Of a stretch of DNA of 38,677 bases, positions 18,303 to 27,681 are shown in pieces. Numbering within the stretch: position 1 is the stretch's first letter; each line of letters begins with the position of its first letter. The position numbers and the translations under genes are program-made. Origin of the DNA: Candidatus Heimdallarchaeota archaeon (GTDB lineage Archaea > Asgardarchaeota > Heimdallarchaeia > JABLTI01). Under the pieces are notes generated by a model, which saw only the letters and a program-made list of their open reading frames with translations, made no database searches and was not told the origin of the DNA. The stretch spans positions 1-38,677 of the forward strand of contig JAHLVW010000033.1 of assembly GCA_019058275.1 (NCBI GenBank), given 5' to 3'.

Positions 18303-19739
18303 ATGAACCATATTAAAAGAATAGTCTTTCTCGAACCGAAAAGCGAAAAAATGCATATATTTTCAAGATTTGATCTGCCAAGACTTGGCAATATTATTTT
18401 AGCTACAATTATGAAGAATAAGAATTATGACGTTAAAGCTTATTTCTTGAAGGCAAATGAAATTTATAGTCGACTTGCTGATTGTTCTACAGTTGATTTG
18501 ATTGCTATCTCAGCAATTACTGCAACTGTTACAGTTTCATACAAACTTGCTGATTATTTTAGATCAAAAGGAATCAAGGTGGTTATAGGAGGACCACATG
18601 TCTCGTTCAACCCCGAAGAAGCTTTAGAACACGCAGACTTTTGCATTCTGGGTGAAGGGGAAAAATCACTTCCTATGCTTGTTGATGCTCTTAATAATAA
18701 TACTTCACTAATAGAAGTACCAGGGTTAGCATGGAAAGATGATTACGAAGAAATTATTATTAATGAAAAGACCAAACCCATAGATAATTTAGATTCTATT
18801 CCTTATCCTGATTTTACCCTCCTTGAGTTAAATGGTAAAGCGGTAGGGGTTGGTATTCGAAAGAAAGAAATAGTGCCTATGCAAACTTCGAGAGGCTGTC
18901 CTTTTGACTGCACTTTTTGTTCAGTGACCTCAATGTTCGGAAGGAGATTTAGATATCGAAGCATCCCGAATGTAATTGGTGAGATTAAGCAGTTTAATCC
19001 AAAAAAGCAAGCCATATTTTTTTATGATGATAATTTCACTTCAAATGTAAAAAGGACCAAAAGACTCCTTAGAGAAATGATTAGATTGGAGCTGAATTTT
19101 ATCTGGTCCACTCAGGTTAGAGTCGATATAGCTAAGGACCCAGAGCTCTTAGACCTTATGTCAAAAGCGGGTTGTCAAATTCTTTATATTGGCTTTGAAT
19201 CGATTGACCCAAAAGCACTAAAAGAAATGAAGAAGCGTCAATCTGTTGAAGAAATTAAGTGGGCTATCAAGGAAATAAGAAAGAGGGGAATCCATATCCA
19301 TGGGATGTTTGTCTTCGGTTTTGATGCTGATACTCCCCAAACATTACGGGCTTCTGTGGATTTTGCTATCAAAGAAAAAATTGATACAGTACAATTCCTC
19401 ATTTTAACTCCGTTTCTAGGCACAGAGTTTTATGCTAAAATGGAGGAGGAAAATCGACTCATAGACTATCAATGGGATGAATACGATGCGCATCATGTGA
19501 AGTTTCTACCAAAAAATATGTCCGCGTGGGAACTTCAACAAGCACAATTTGAGGCACACAAACGCTTCTACTCCATCAAACAATTGACTTCAAGATTGTT
19601 AAGAGGTCGAAAGTTGGCCTTTCTAATTGGTCTTTATGCCCATCGGCTTAATAAAAAATGGATAAGATGGGAAAGCAAATTCCTAAACGTGATTAAAACC
19701 ATTGAAGGACTCACAAAGAGCTCACCAATGAAGGCTTAG
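18303..19739 (+). CDS. B12-binding-domain radical SAM protein
   Basis: VVIGGPH, GEGE, TSRGCPFDCTFC (CxxxCxxC), FYDDNF, IGFES, FVFGFD. Confidence 0.92.
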   Translation: MNHIKRIVFLEPKSEKMHIFSRFDLPRLGNIILATIMKNKNYDVKAYFLKANEIYSRLADCSTVDLIAISAITATVTVSYKLADYFRSKGIKVVIGGPHVSFNPEEALEHADFCILGEGEKSLPMLVDALNNNTSLIEVPGLAWKDDYEEIIINEKTKPIDNLDSIPYPDFTLLELNGKAVGVGIRKKEIVPMQTSRGCPFDCTFCSVTSMFGRRFRYRSIPNVIGEIKQFNPKKQAIFFYDDNFTSNVKRTKRLLREMIRLELNFIWSTQVRVDIAKDPELLDLMSKAGCQILYIGFESIDPKALKEMKKRQSVEEIKWAIKEIRKRGIHIHGMFVFGFDADTPQTLRASVDFAIKEKIDTVQFLILTPFLGTEFYAKMEEENRLIDYQWDEYDAHHVKFLPKNMSAWELQQAQFEAHKRFYSIKQLTSRLLRGRKLAFLIGLYAHRLNKKWIRWESKFLNVIKTIEGLTKSSPMKA

Positions 19740-19989
19740 AATTATAAGCAAAGCTGCTAATAAAAACGATATCTTGAAAAATCTGATCAAGGATGTATGT
19801 TTTGAGAAATACTGGTAAATACGATAGAAGAATTGTAATGAAAGTAGGTTTTAAGGAATGGTTAAAAAAAGGAATGAGTGCAACTGAAGAATCTGTTTCG
19901 CATAGATCATTCATTATACCAATAACAAAAGTATCTTTCATTGAAATAACTGTCCTGAAGTAATGATAAAAGTATAGTCTATCCACACA

Positions 19990-20008
19990 AAACGAAAGAT
20001 TCATAAAA
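19990..20008 (+). promoter_or_regulatory. BRE/TATA-like promoter of tRNA-Ala
   Basis: AAACGAAAGATTCATAAAA about 40 nt upstream of the tRNA. Confidence 0.6.
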
Positions 20009-20043
20009 GAAAATAGAAGGAAAGAGAATACGATTTAACCATT

Positions 20044-20150
20044 GGGCCGGTAGATCAGACTGGAAGATCGCCTCCTTGGCAATCAAGAGGAATGAGTTCC
20101 CTTGACCATTTTGGAGGAGGCCGTGGATTCAAATTCCACCCGGTCCACCA
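20044..20150 (+). tRNA. tRNA-Ala(GGC) with a 30-nt intron at 37/38 (20082-20111)
   Basis: Acceptor GGGCCGG/CCGGTCC with G3:U70; CCTCC-TT GGC A^T-GGAGG; intron forms a BHB (TTGG/CCAT helix, TCAAG/CTTGA); encoded CCA. Confidence 0.93.
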
Positions 20151-20199
20151 ATTTGTTTTTGTTTATTTAAATGCCTATTTTACACAAAAAGCTTAGGAT

Positions 20200-20427
20200 T
20201 CAGAGTAATAGGAATTCCCACATAATTACTTCTAACAAGCTATGCATTACTCCATGTAACTGTTCTACATCAAACAATAAATGAAATATTGGTTCTAAAT
20301 CAATAATAATCGTTCCAAGAAACAACGCTTTTAGATCTAGAAATGATAGACGTGCAAATAATAGGATTCCGAATCCTACGTGAAAAGAAGTGAAAGGTAT
20401 AGTTAATCTATTGATTTTTTTTCTCAA
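20200..20427 (-). pseudogene. Truncated membrane protein (metal-dependent hydrolase/DUF4184-like N-terminus)
   Basis: PFTSFH..G..IIDLEP..LHG.MHS pattern ending early. Confidence 0.5.
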
Positions 20428-20500
20428 GAGCTTTTTTATGAGTTGTAGCTTAAGAAAGATAATAAATCATGAGTGACATATATATATTTTAACAATTCAA

Positions 20501-20934
20501 TTGAGGGTTGTAACACTGAGTAAAGACGATATAGCTGAGGTTGAAATTACCAAATTAATAAACAAATACTTCGACGCTTACAAGAAGAAAGATCGTGATA
20601 AAGCATTTTATCATGTTTCGCTAATGAACCAAGCACTGTTCTTATTGGCAGCGAAACAGGAGAGAAACATGTTGGCTATGAAGAACTAAAGGAACAAATT
20701 GCAAAAGATTTTAAGAAATACGAATTTACAAAGATAGACTTACCTTGGAAAACTGTTACTATTAAAGGACCTATTGCACTTTTGTCTGCTGAAGTTGATT
20801 TAGCTGTGAAAGTTGGTGAAGAAGAACAGAAAGGTGTTGCTCGATTAACTGCTGCAATGGAGAAGAAGAAGGATGAATGGTTAATTGCACAAAGTCACAT
20901 TTCATTTCCCTCTTCAAGTGAAGTAGAAAAGTAA
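20501..20934 (+). pseudogene. SnoaL/NTF2-like protein frameshifted in a T-run
   Basis: N-term KLINKYFDAYKKKD; continues in another frame from about 20610 as SCFANEPSTVLIGS..ARLTAAMEKKKDEWLIAQSHISFP to TAA 20934. Confidence 0.75.
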
Positions 20935-21165
20935 GTTGTTATTTTATTTAATTTCAGTCCAACAAATAACACACATAACAAAATAATCTAAATATTATTT
21001 GATAGAAATTTGGTATAGCGACTCAAAAAGAATTCAACCAGATAGAACAAACTATCTTTTCTTTTTGAGTCACTCCTAAATAAGAGAATCATTTATTTTT
21101 AACTTATCGTTTTTTTTCTGGCATAAAAACTTACTTTAATTTACTTCCTAATAGCGAATTCTTTC

Positions 21166-21201
21166 AGGAGGCCGTGAGTTCAAATCTCATCCGATCCACC
21201 A
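21166..21201 (+). repeat. tRNA-Ala 3'-end fragment (att-like scar)
   Basis: AGGAGGCCGTGAGTTCAAATCTCATCCGATCCACCA matches the tRNA-Ala 3' end with compensatory T-stem changes. Confidence 0.85.
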
Positions 21202-21391
21202 CTTTCTCTCATTTTTCATCTATTTTCTTAGTTGTATTGGATCATTTCTTTCTTCCCCATCTATTATTATGAGAGTTATGAAATGAAGACAAAAATACCA
21301 ATATCTTTGCAATCTAATCTAACATTGCAAAAATGATGGCTTGAAAAAGAGATAAAACAAGGCAAATAAGAAAAAGTAGAAGAAAAATAAA

Positions 21392-21468
21392 AGGTTGGTG
21401 GATTTATCTGGACTCTCATCTCCAAGGTATGAAGGAAGCTATAAGTTCAAATCTCATCCGGTCCACCA
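21392..21468 (+). pseudogene. Full-length intronless tRNA-Ala pseudogene
   Basis: 77 nt aligning gap-free to the spliced tRNA-Ala(GGC) (51/77 by hand count); ends CCGGTCCACCA. Confidence 0.7.
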
Positions 21469-21490
21469 TTTTCCAAAAAGGAATTTATTA

Positions 21491-21712
21491 TTAGTATGTT
21501 GTTTCTTTTTCCTTTCCTAGTCTGAAAATATCTATTATGAAAAGTATCATTCCTATTAAAATGAATGCTCCTCCTGCAATAACGAATAAGAGGAATTGCC
21601 ATAATTCAGATGTTGCTAGTGGGAACATTATATAGCCAACCACAAATAGAGCAACACCAGCAAGTAATGCTACAATTTCCATTATTAAACCAAACGGTTT
21701 TATTTTTGCCAT
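21491..21712 (-). CDS. Small 2-TM membrane protein
   Basis: Two hydrophobic helices, ATG start. Confidence 0.6.
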   Translation of the reverse strand: MAKIKPFGLIMEIVALLAGVALFVVGYIMFPLATSELWQFLLFVIAGGAFILIGMILFIIDIFRLGKEKETTY

Positions 21713-21916
21713 TTCAATCTTCTCTTATTTTTTGTAATAGTTTGTTCAGTAACAATTTTCTTTAGGGTTTTAAAGCATTAAGGAAAATGCAAAATCATCT
21801 CTTTTTCATAATTTTTCATTTATTTGTTTTGTACTGACACAAATATATGAAATCTTTTTATATTTCACTAATCTTTGTTTAGTTTGGATTAAGGCTCTCT
21901 TAAATAGGGTTGAGCA

Positions 21917-23704
21917 ATGAGTTTAGAGGAAAAAATCGAAAAGATTCTAAAAATCAAAGAAAGTTATTGTACCATATCCGAAACTTCTGAAGGATGGCTT
22001 CTTAATTCTATTCCAATTAAACGAGAAGAATTTCCTCTTATCTTCAACAAAATTTTCAATGAAAATCCTTCTGAAAAAAAACGAACTAGCATTCTTGTTA
22101 TTTTGAGTAAATTTGGTTATAGTATAGTAAATTTGCTACCTAATATTACAAAAACCATCTTAGTAAACTGGTATGCTGAGAAAAAGTTCATTCAGAAATA
22201 TGTTGAAACACTTGATTCCATTACTGGCAACATTCCTGTGTATATTGACCAACTAGCAGATCATAATCATTTGTCTGATTTGGGATTCTTGTTTGAAGAA
22301 AATAAGCAGCTCAAGATATCTCTTTTGTGCTGGCAAAAAGCTGTTGAAGTAAAACCTGATTTCTTTTTTGGTTGGGTAAAACTTAGCTCTACTTATCTAC
22401 AATTTAGTGATGTTTCTAAATCACTAGTTTCTCTCACGGAAGGTATTACGAACAATGAGTTTGATATTTCTAGTGGTTATCTTAAAGGCAAAATCGACCA
22501 AAGGTACAGGAAGGATTTGCAGTCATTAGTTGCTTCACTTCAGAAAAAAGAGAAGAAAAACTATATGTTGGTTTTTATTGAAGGTTTAATTTTTCATCAT
22601 TTCTTTGAAGATTATATCAATGCTAGAAATCTTTTTGTGAAGAGTCTTAGATTAAATCCTACTTTTATTGAACCACATTACAAAATTGCCATGACTTTTG
22701 CTATGGAACACAAAGAAAAAAAGCAAATTGAAGTTTATCAAAACATTCTAAAAATTGATCCAAATCAAATTAAAGCTCTCAAGAATTTGGCATCTATTTA
22801 TAAAACTAAGAAGGCTTTTGAATCTGCTGTTAAATGCTATGAAAAACTAGCTGAACTAGAACCTAATAATAATTCTTGGTGGGCAGAGCTTGCAGCAATC
22901 TATAGTACTTCTGTTTGGCATCACTATAGAAAGGATCAACCTTGGAAAAGAGATTTGAACAAAGCATATTATTATTACAAGAAATTGATAGAAATTCAAC
23001 CAGATAGTTATAATCGAGTAAATGATTTTCATGATTTATTATTTGAAATGAAGAAATATAAAGAAGCTGAAGAACTTCTGATTAACTATCTTGCTCTTAA
23101 AGGGCATAGTCTCGAGATGATGAAAAAACTGGAAGCACTTTACACAAAACTACAACAACCTTATGATCAACAAAAAATCATCCAAGAGATTAATTATAGA
23201 CGAGACAAAGATTCTGCATACCCAAAAATCCTAGAATTGCTCTCAAAAGTTCGACCAAATATTCCTGTTACATTAGCTAGGATCGCTAAATTTGTAGAGT
23301 TTCCTGATGATAAAATGGAATCATTATTGCTTAAGCTCATTGAAGAAAATCCCGGTGTAGGGGAATATTTAGATCTTGAACAAGTCTTCATTCGTAAAGA
23401 AGATACAGATGGTTTAATTAATGATTTAAGAGTAAGATATTCTACTTGTTATTACTGTGGTATGCCTTTTGATTCAGTAGACGTAACAAGTTGTTCAACT
23501 TGTGACAAAGAAATCCTCAAATGTTCTGTTTGTAAACTGCCTATCTCTTCTGGAGAAGAAATAGGTAAATGCAGTTTATGTGAAGCTCAAGGTCATTTAG
23601 TTCATATGGAAGAATGGGTAAAAACACAAGGAAAATGCCCAAGCTGCTTGCAAGAATTACCTTTGCAAGGGATAGTTCCGGTTGAAGAAGAACTAAAAAA
23701 ATAA
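21917..23704 (+). CDS. TPR solenoid + winged-helix-like + double Zn-finger/RING protein
   Basis: Repeated TPR patterns; C-term CYYC..CSTC..CSVC..CSLC..GH..H..W..CPSC. Confidence 0.8.
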   Translation: MSLEEKIEKILKIKESYCTISETSEGWLLNSIPIKREEFPLIFNKIFNENPSEKKRTSILVILSKFGYSIVNLLPNITKTILVNWYAEKKFIQKYVETLDSITGNIPVYIDQLADHNHLSDLGFLFEENKQLKISLLCWQKAVEVKPDFFFGWVKLSSTYLQFSDVSKSLVSLTEGITNNEFDISSGYLKGKIDQRYRKDLQSLVASLQKKEKKNYMLVFIEGLIFHHFFEDYINARNLFVKSLRLNPTFIEPHYKIAMTFAMEHKEKKQIEVYQNILKIDPNQIKALKNLASIYKTKKAFESAVKCYEKLAELEPNNNSWWAELAAIYSTSVWHHYRKDQPWKRDLNKAYYYYKKLIEIQPDSYNRVNDFHDLLFEMKKYKEAEELLINYLALKGHSLEMMKKLEALYTKLQQPYDQQKIIQEINYRRDKDSAYPKILELLSKVRPNIPVTLARIAKFVEFPDDKMESLLLKLIEENPGVGEYLDLEQVFIRKEDTDGLINDLRVRYSTCYYCGMPFDSVDVTSCSTCDKEILKCSVCKLPISSGEEIGKCSLCEAQGHLVHMEEWVKTQGKCPSCLQELPLQGIVPVEEELKK

Positions 23705-23715
23705 ACTGATTAGGA

Positions 23716-24063
23716 TTATTCTCTTTTTTGCTGTTTTGGAATATTTTCTGCTCTCTGATTGCTAAAGAAAAGAAAGCGTGCTGGTTCTGTTTTTGGATAC
23801 ATCTCTTCTTGTATAGCTTGCATTTTCTTTAGTTTCTTTCTTTCTTTGTCAAAATCCTTTTTTAAGATATCAAACCAAACATCTTTCTCTTTTACTATCA
23901 AGATGTCATCAAGTTCAACAGCAACTTTTATGTCTGTTTGAGTAACATCCCTCGTCAGAATATAAGCATATGGCTTTTTTATTCCATATACTTTACCTAA
24001 TTTTTTCCCATTCTTATCTCGAGCATTCTTCGAGATAATTTCTGAATATCCCATTGAAGTCAT
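23716..24063 (-). CDS. PRC-barrel-like protein
   Basis: IISKNARDKNGKKLGKV PRC-type motif. Confidence 0.55.
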   Translation of the reverse strand: MTSMGYSEIISKNARDKNGKKLGKVYGIKKPYAYILTRDVTQTDIKVAVELDDILIVKEKDVWFDILKKDFDKERKKLKKMQAIQEEMYPKTEPARFLFFSNQRAENIPKQQKRE

Positions 24064-24120
24064 TTTCTAACCTCTTACTTCAATTAGAAAGATGTAAATT
24101 GACTATTTGAAGCTTTACAA

Positions 24121-25014
24121 TTATTCAAACCATTGAACTCTCAAAGATCTTCTTGGTGGTCCTCTCAAGTATTGAACAGCAGGTATACCCAATGTCATAA
24201 CACCAAAAACAGTGAATCCTTTTGGAACTTTGAAATGTTTACTTAATCTTCGATTATTCATAAGTTTCCTTTGGGCTAATCCAATCCAGCAGGTTCCAAG
24301 ACCTAATGATTGAGCAGCAAGCATACCATGAGTAAGAGCAATTCCAGCATCATTAGCAGCTAAACTAGAAGCATATTTTCTAGAGTAAAGAAGTATTACA
24401 CATGGCGCGTCAAAGAAGATAATATCCTCTCCTTGCTTTATTCTCTCTATTCCTCTCTCTAATTGCATTTTAACTTTCGGATTTAGTACTCTTCTTCTTG
24501 CTCCGTATGGAAGGAACGGGGTTATTAAATGTCTAAAAGGTAATGCTCTTCTAGCATTTCTGAAGAATTTCATATTCTCTTTCTTGAGATATTCAATTTC
24601 ATCCTTATTAGTAATAATTGTATAACGCCAATTTTGTCTATTGCTTGCTGAAGGCGCATATCTCATTGTTTCTAGAACTTTCTCTATTTTTTCTTTGGGA
24701 ACAGGTTTATCTTTGAACACTCTGATAGATCGACGCATTCTGAGTATTTTCATTAACTCATCATAAGAGACTATTTCTTCCAGTTTTTTCGTACCATCAA
24801 ATGTGTAGACCTCACCTGCATTTTTATATAGTATAGCCTCTGGAGGACAAATTGCTATACAATGTCCGCACCTAACACACAATTGATACGGATCTTCAAA
24901 AACAAACTTTTCTTTCATATCCTTCTCTAATTCGCAATAGAGTAGTTGAGGACAAACTTTCACACATTTCCCACAATCAATGCATTTACTGTAATCGATG
25001 CCTTCTATTTTCAA
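24121..25014 (-). CDS. Nitroreductase family protein with N-terminal 2x[4Fe-4S] ferredoxin domain
   Basis: CIDCGKCVKVCP, CVRCGHCIAICP, RRSIR, APSASNRQ, LGLGTCWIG; likely TTG start at 25014 because the longer ORF overlaps a tRNA. Confidence 0.9.
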   Translation of the reverse strand: MKIEGIDYSKCIDCGKCVKVCPQLLYCELEKDMKEKFVFEDPYQLCVRCGHCIAICPPEAILYKNAGEVYTFDGTKKLEEIVSYDELMKILRMRRSIRVFKDKPVPKEKIEKVLETMRYAPSASNRQNWRYTIITNKDEIEYLKKENMKFFRNARRALPFRHLITPFLPYGARRRVLNPKVKMQLERGIERIKQGEDIIFFDAPCVILLYSRKYASSLAANDAGIALTHGMLAAQSLGLGTCWIGLAQRKLMNNRRLSKHFKVPKGFTVFGVMTLGIPAVQYLRGPPRRSLRVQWFE

Positions 25015-25099
25015 TATAATCTTGTTAAGGATTGTATGAAGCTTAAAAAATAATTCTATTAGAACTGTGGTACAATTTATGCTTAGATGAAGAAGTAGA

Positions 25100-25177
25100 T
25101 GGTGCACCGACCGGGATTTGAACCCGGGTACCCAGCTTGGAAGGCTGGAGTCCTAGACCAGTCTAGACCATCGGTGC
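25100..25177 (-). tRNA. tRNA-Gly(TCC)
   Basis: Reverse complement GCACCGA..CCAGC-CT TCC AA-GCTGG..CCGGG-TTCAAAT-CCCGG-TCGGTGC-ACCA. Confidence 0.97.
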
Positions 25178-25500
25178 TTTTTTCCCGATTATTCTCCAAT
25201 AATTTAGATTTTAAAATCCTTTCGGTTAATCGGAGTTGGTCCGATTTCTCAATGTAATAATTTACTAATCTAATTGTAAATTGCTTAATTCTTTTTTTCG
25301 ATTTTTTTCATGTAAATCAATATTTCTGTCAATATTTTGGATGAAAATTTGTCAAAGCTTCCATTTTGACCGACAAAAATAAGGATGATTTTACTAGATA
25401 CCTTGATTGTTTTTCTCAGAGTGCTATTAAGTAACTTCAACTAAAGTTAAACTGTATATTAGTATTTTAGCTAATTTATACGCCTTGGAGTTAAAAAACT

Positions 25501-26187
25501 ATGAATATTGCCGAGTTGCTTAAACAGGGTAAGCTATCTCATCTGCTCAAGATAACAGTTCTTGGCACATCTGGTAGTGGCAAAACCTCTTTCCTTAGAA
25601 CCCTTTTCGGGGACCAATTCATTGTATCAGATGTCAAAAGAATGGATTATCTTGAAAACAAGGCTAATTTGACCTATACTCCTATTGACGTAGAGGAATC
25701 TACAACCACTGTTAGTCTAAATCAATTGGGTGCAATGGTGATCTTTACAAAAAGCAATCGTTTTGAAATTCTCGAATTAAATGACGGTGTAGATTACCTT
25801 CTTTCTCGAGATGATATTGATTACTTTATGACTTTTTCAATATTCGATACTGCAGGTCAAGAACGATTCGAGTTTATGGCTGATATTTGCTTAAAAGGAT
25901 CCGATGCAGTCATTTTACTTGCTGATGGAACAAATGTTTCTTCAATTGAATATCTAAATGTCTACATTGAAAAGATTATGAGAGAAGAACAAAGAAGTGG
26001 AAAGGAAATACCAGTAATTGTCTTCATGAACAAAGCTGATTTAGCTGAAAAAGGTATATACATAGGAGCAGATTTCGTAAGAACTGCCATTAGAAATGAA
26101 TTTGATGTTTTTGAGACATCCATAAAAGACCCTGAATCATTTATCTTACCCTTAAGAATTTTAGTAGCTAAAATAAACGCAAGTTAA
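25501..26187 (+). CDS. Ras-superfamily small GTPase (Asgard-type)
   Basis: G1 GTSGSGKTS, G2 STTTV, G3 DTAGQERF, G4 NKAD, G5 ETSI. Confidence 0.9.
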   Translation: MNIAELLKQGKLSHLLKITVLGTSGSGKTSFLRTLFGDQFIVSDVKRMDYLENKANLTYTPIDVEESTTTVSLNQLGAMVIFTKSNRFEILELNDGVDYLLSRDDIDYFMTFSIFDTAGQERFEFMADICLKGSDAVILLADGTNVSSIEYLNVYIEKIMREEQRSGKEIPVIVFMNKADLAEKGIYIGADFVRTAIRNEFDVFETSIKDPESFILPLRILVAKINAS

Positions 26188-26259
26188 TATTTTACTTGCA
26201 TTTTTCTTCTTTTCTTAATTACATTATTTCTTATAAGCTGATAAAAAAGAGAAAATTCT

Positions 26260-26282
26260 GGCTGCAAAAGTTTGTTGCAGCC
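26260..26282. terminator. Hairpin between convergent genes
   Basis: GGCTGCAA-AAGTTTG-TTGCAGCC 8-bp perfect stem. Confidence 0.45.
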
Positions 26283-26297
26283 TTGCAAGGTATTATT

Positions 26298-26744
26298 TTA
26301 CCAGAAGAATCTTGGTATGAGCAAGACTGCTTCTATGGAGTATGGCAGGGTAGTTATGTAGTTATAATTTAGATTATTAATTTGTGTTGTTGGATAGCTG
26401 AAAGATTGTCTCTTTTGTCTTTCAATATCCGAAAGTGCGTAAAACGTATATTTCATATTTAGAAGATTCTTTCGTTTTACAATATCACCTCTTGTTTGTA
26501 AATCTCTCAAAGCTGAGAAGAATAGGTAATTGCTAAGTCCCTTAACTCTTTTCCCTACAGCTATTCTAATTTCAGAGGATCTCATTAATCTACAGCTAAC
26601 AAATAAAGTGTCAAGTATTAATTCTTGTACTCTAATTGTTTTCTTGCTTCTTTTACGACCTCTGGTACCCTTTTTCTTTTCCACGGAGAGTCTGATTCTT
26701 GCCTCTCTTTCTTTAATTGAGCTGTTTAACAATTCAGTGATCAT
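26298..26744 (-). CDS. Winged-helix DNA-binding protein with a basic N-terminal segment
   Basis: ILDTL..MRSSEI..ALRDLQTRGDIVKRKNLLNMKYTFYAL wHTH pattern; KKKGTRGRKRSKK. Confidence 0.6.
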   Translation of the reverse strand: MITELLNSSIKEREARIRLSVEKKKGTRGRKRSKKTIRVQELILDTLFVSCRLMRSSEIRIAVGKRVKGLSNYLFFSALRDLQTRGDIVKRKNLLNMKYTFYALSDIERQKRQSFSYPTTQINNLNYNYITTLPYSIEAVLLIPRFFW

Positions 26745-27160
26745 TTTTTATTTCCTACCAATATTCTTTTTAGACATTTTTTGTTTTTGTTTGAGCTTTT
26801 GGGTGATTTTATTTTCTTTATAAGTTTTTCGCTTAACAACCTCTCATATGTTAGTAAATAAAGCTTATGCGATATATTATTTATTTGTTTTGCTTATCTT
26901 TAGAAGTTAACTGAATTAACTCAAAAGAACCACCCAACAACAAGGTTTTGTTTTCTATAATTAGAGTTTGGATACGGCGATTATAAAGAATTACCCTTTA
27001 CATACTAAGATTTTATGCCCATACTTTTGATATAATCGTTTATAGCTTTTTTATTTCTTAAAACATTCAACACATCTTCAAAATTCCATTAAAATATAAA
27101 GAACAAACATGAGCATTTAAATTTTGATAAATCTAATTAGATTGCTTATGAAAATGTTGG

Positions 27161-27631
27161 TTGATTGCTGTGAATGTTAAAACGTTCTTAATTGGTCTAT
27201 TGATTATCTTAGTAGCAACAGTAATATTTACCCTCCCAGCAGAATCAGTACCTCTGTTAATTCCATCATTATTATTTGCTGGTGTAGCAGGAGGACTATA
27301 TGTAGGCTATGTTAGAAAAAGACCATTGATTACATGCTTTTATGATGGTTTAATTGTAAGCATTCCAGCAAGTTTGTTGCAAGCTGTTGTAGTAGTACTA
27401 ATTTTATGGTTTTATCACAATCTGCGAGTAGATAATACACCAATAAAGCTTGTTGTCATCATATTTGCTATATCGATAATGCTAGGAGGTGTTGTAGGTG
27501 GACCATTTGGAGGGTTAGCATTGGGCTTATATTATCGATATGTGAAAAGAGATCGGGGTGAAGGAGAATTATACGAAAAATATCTTGAAGAAAAAATACG
27601 AGATGATGATAAAAAGAAACTAGAAGAATGA
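27161..27631 (+). CDS. 4-TM membrane protein (DUF5518-like)
   Basis: Gly-rich TM helices GGLYVGY, GGVVGGPFGG. Confidence 0.6.
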   Translation: MIAVNVKTFLIGLLIILVATVIFTLPAESVPLLIPSLLFAGVAGGLYVGYVRKRPLITCFYDGLIVSIPASLLQAVVVVLILWFYHNLRVDNTPIKLVVIIFAISIMLGGVVGGPFGGLALGLYYRYVKRDRGEGELYEKYLEEKIRDDDKKKLEE

Positions 27632-27681
27632 ATCGAAATCATTCCCATAAAGTACAAAACTAATTTGGTGGGTCACAAAAC

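Noticed and set aside
19711-20004. 97-aa minus-strand ORF
   Set aside because: No recognisable motif; overlaps the radical SAM end and the tRNA-Ala promoter
17874-21201. tRNA 3' fragments as trans-spliced split tRNA halves
   Set aside because: They start after the anticodon loop, have mismatched stems and lack GC-rich complementary leaders; integration scars fit better
21306-21331. TTTGCAAT-N10-ATTGCAAA palindrome
   Set aside because: AT-rich 8-bp arms with no adjacent gene start; chance occurrence is plausible
25015-25107. N-terminal extension of the nitroreductase in the ORF track
   Set aside because: Overlaps tRNA-Gly; the ferredoxin domain begins right after TTG 25014
26748-26777. 9-codon upstream ORF (MSKKNIGRK) before the wHTH gene
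   Set aside because: Too short to distinguish from chance or a decayed N-terminal extension
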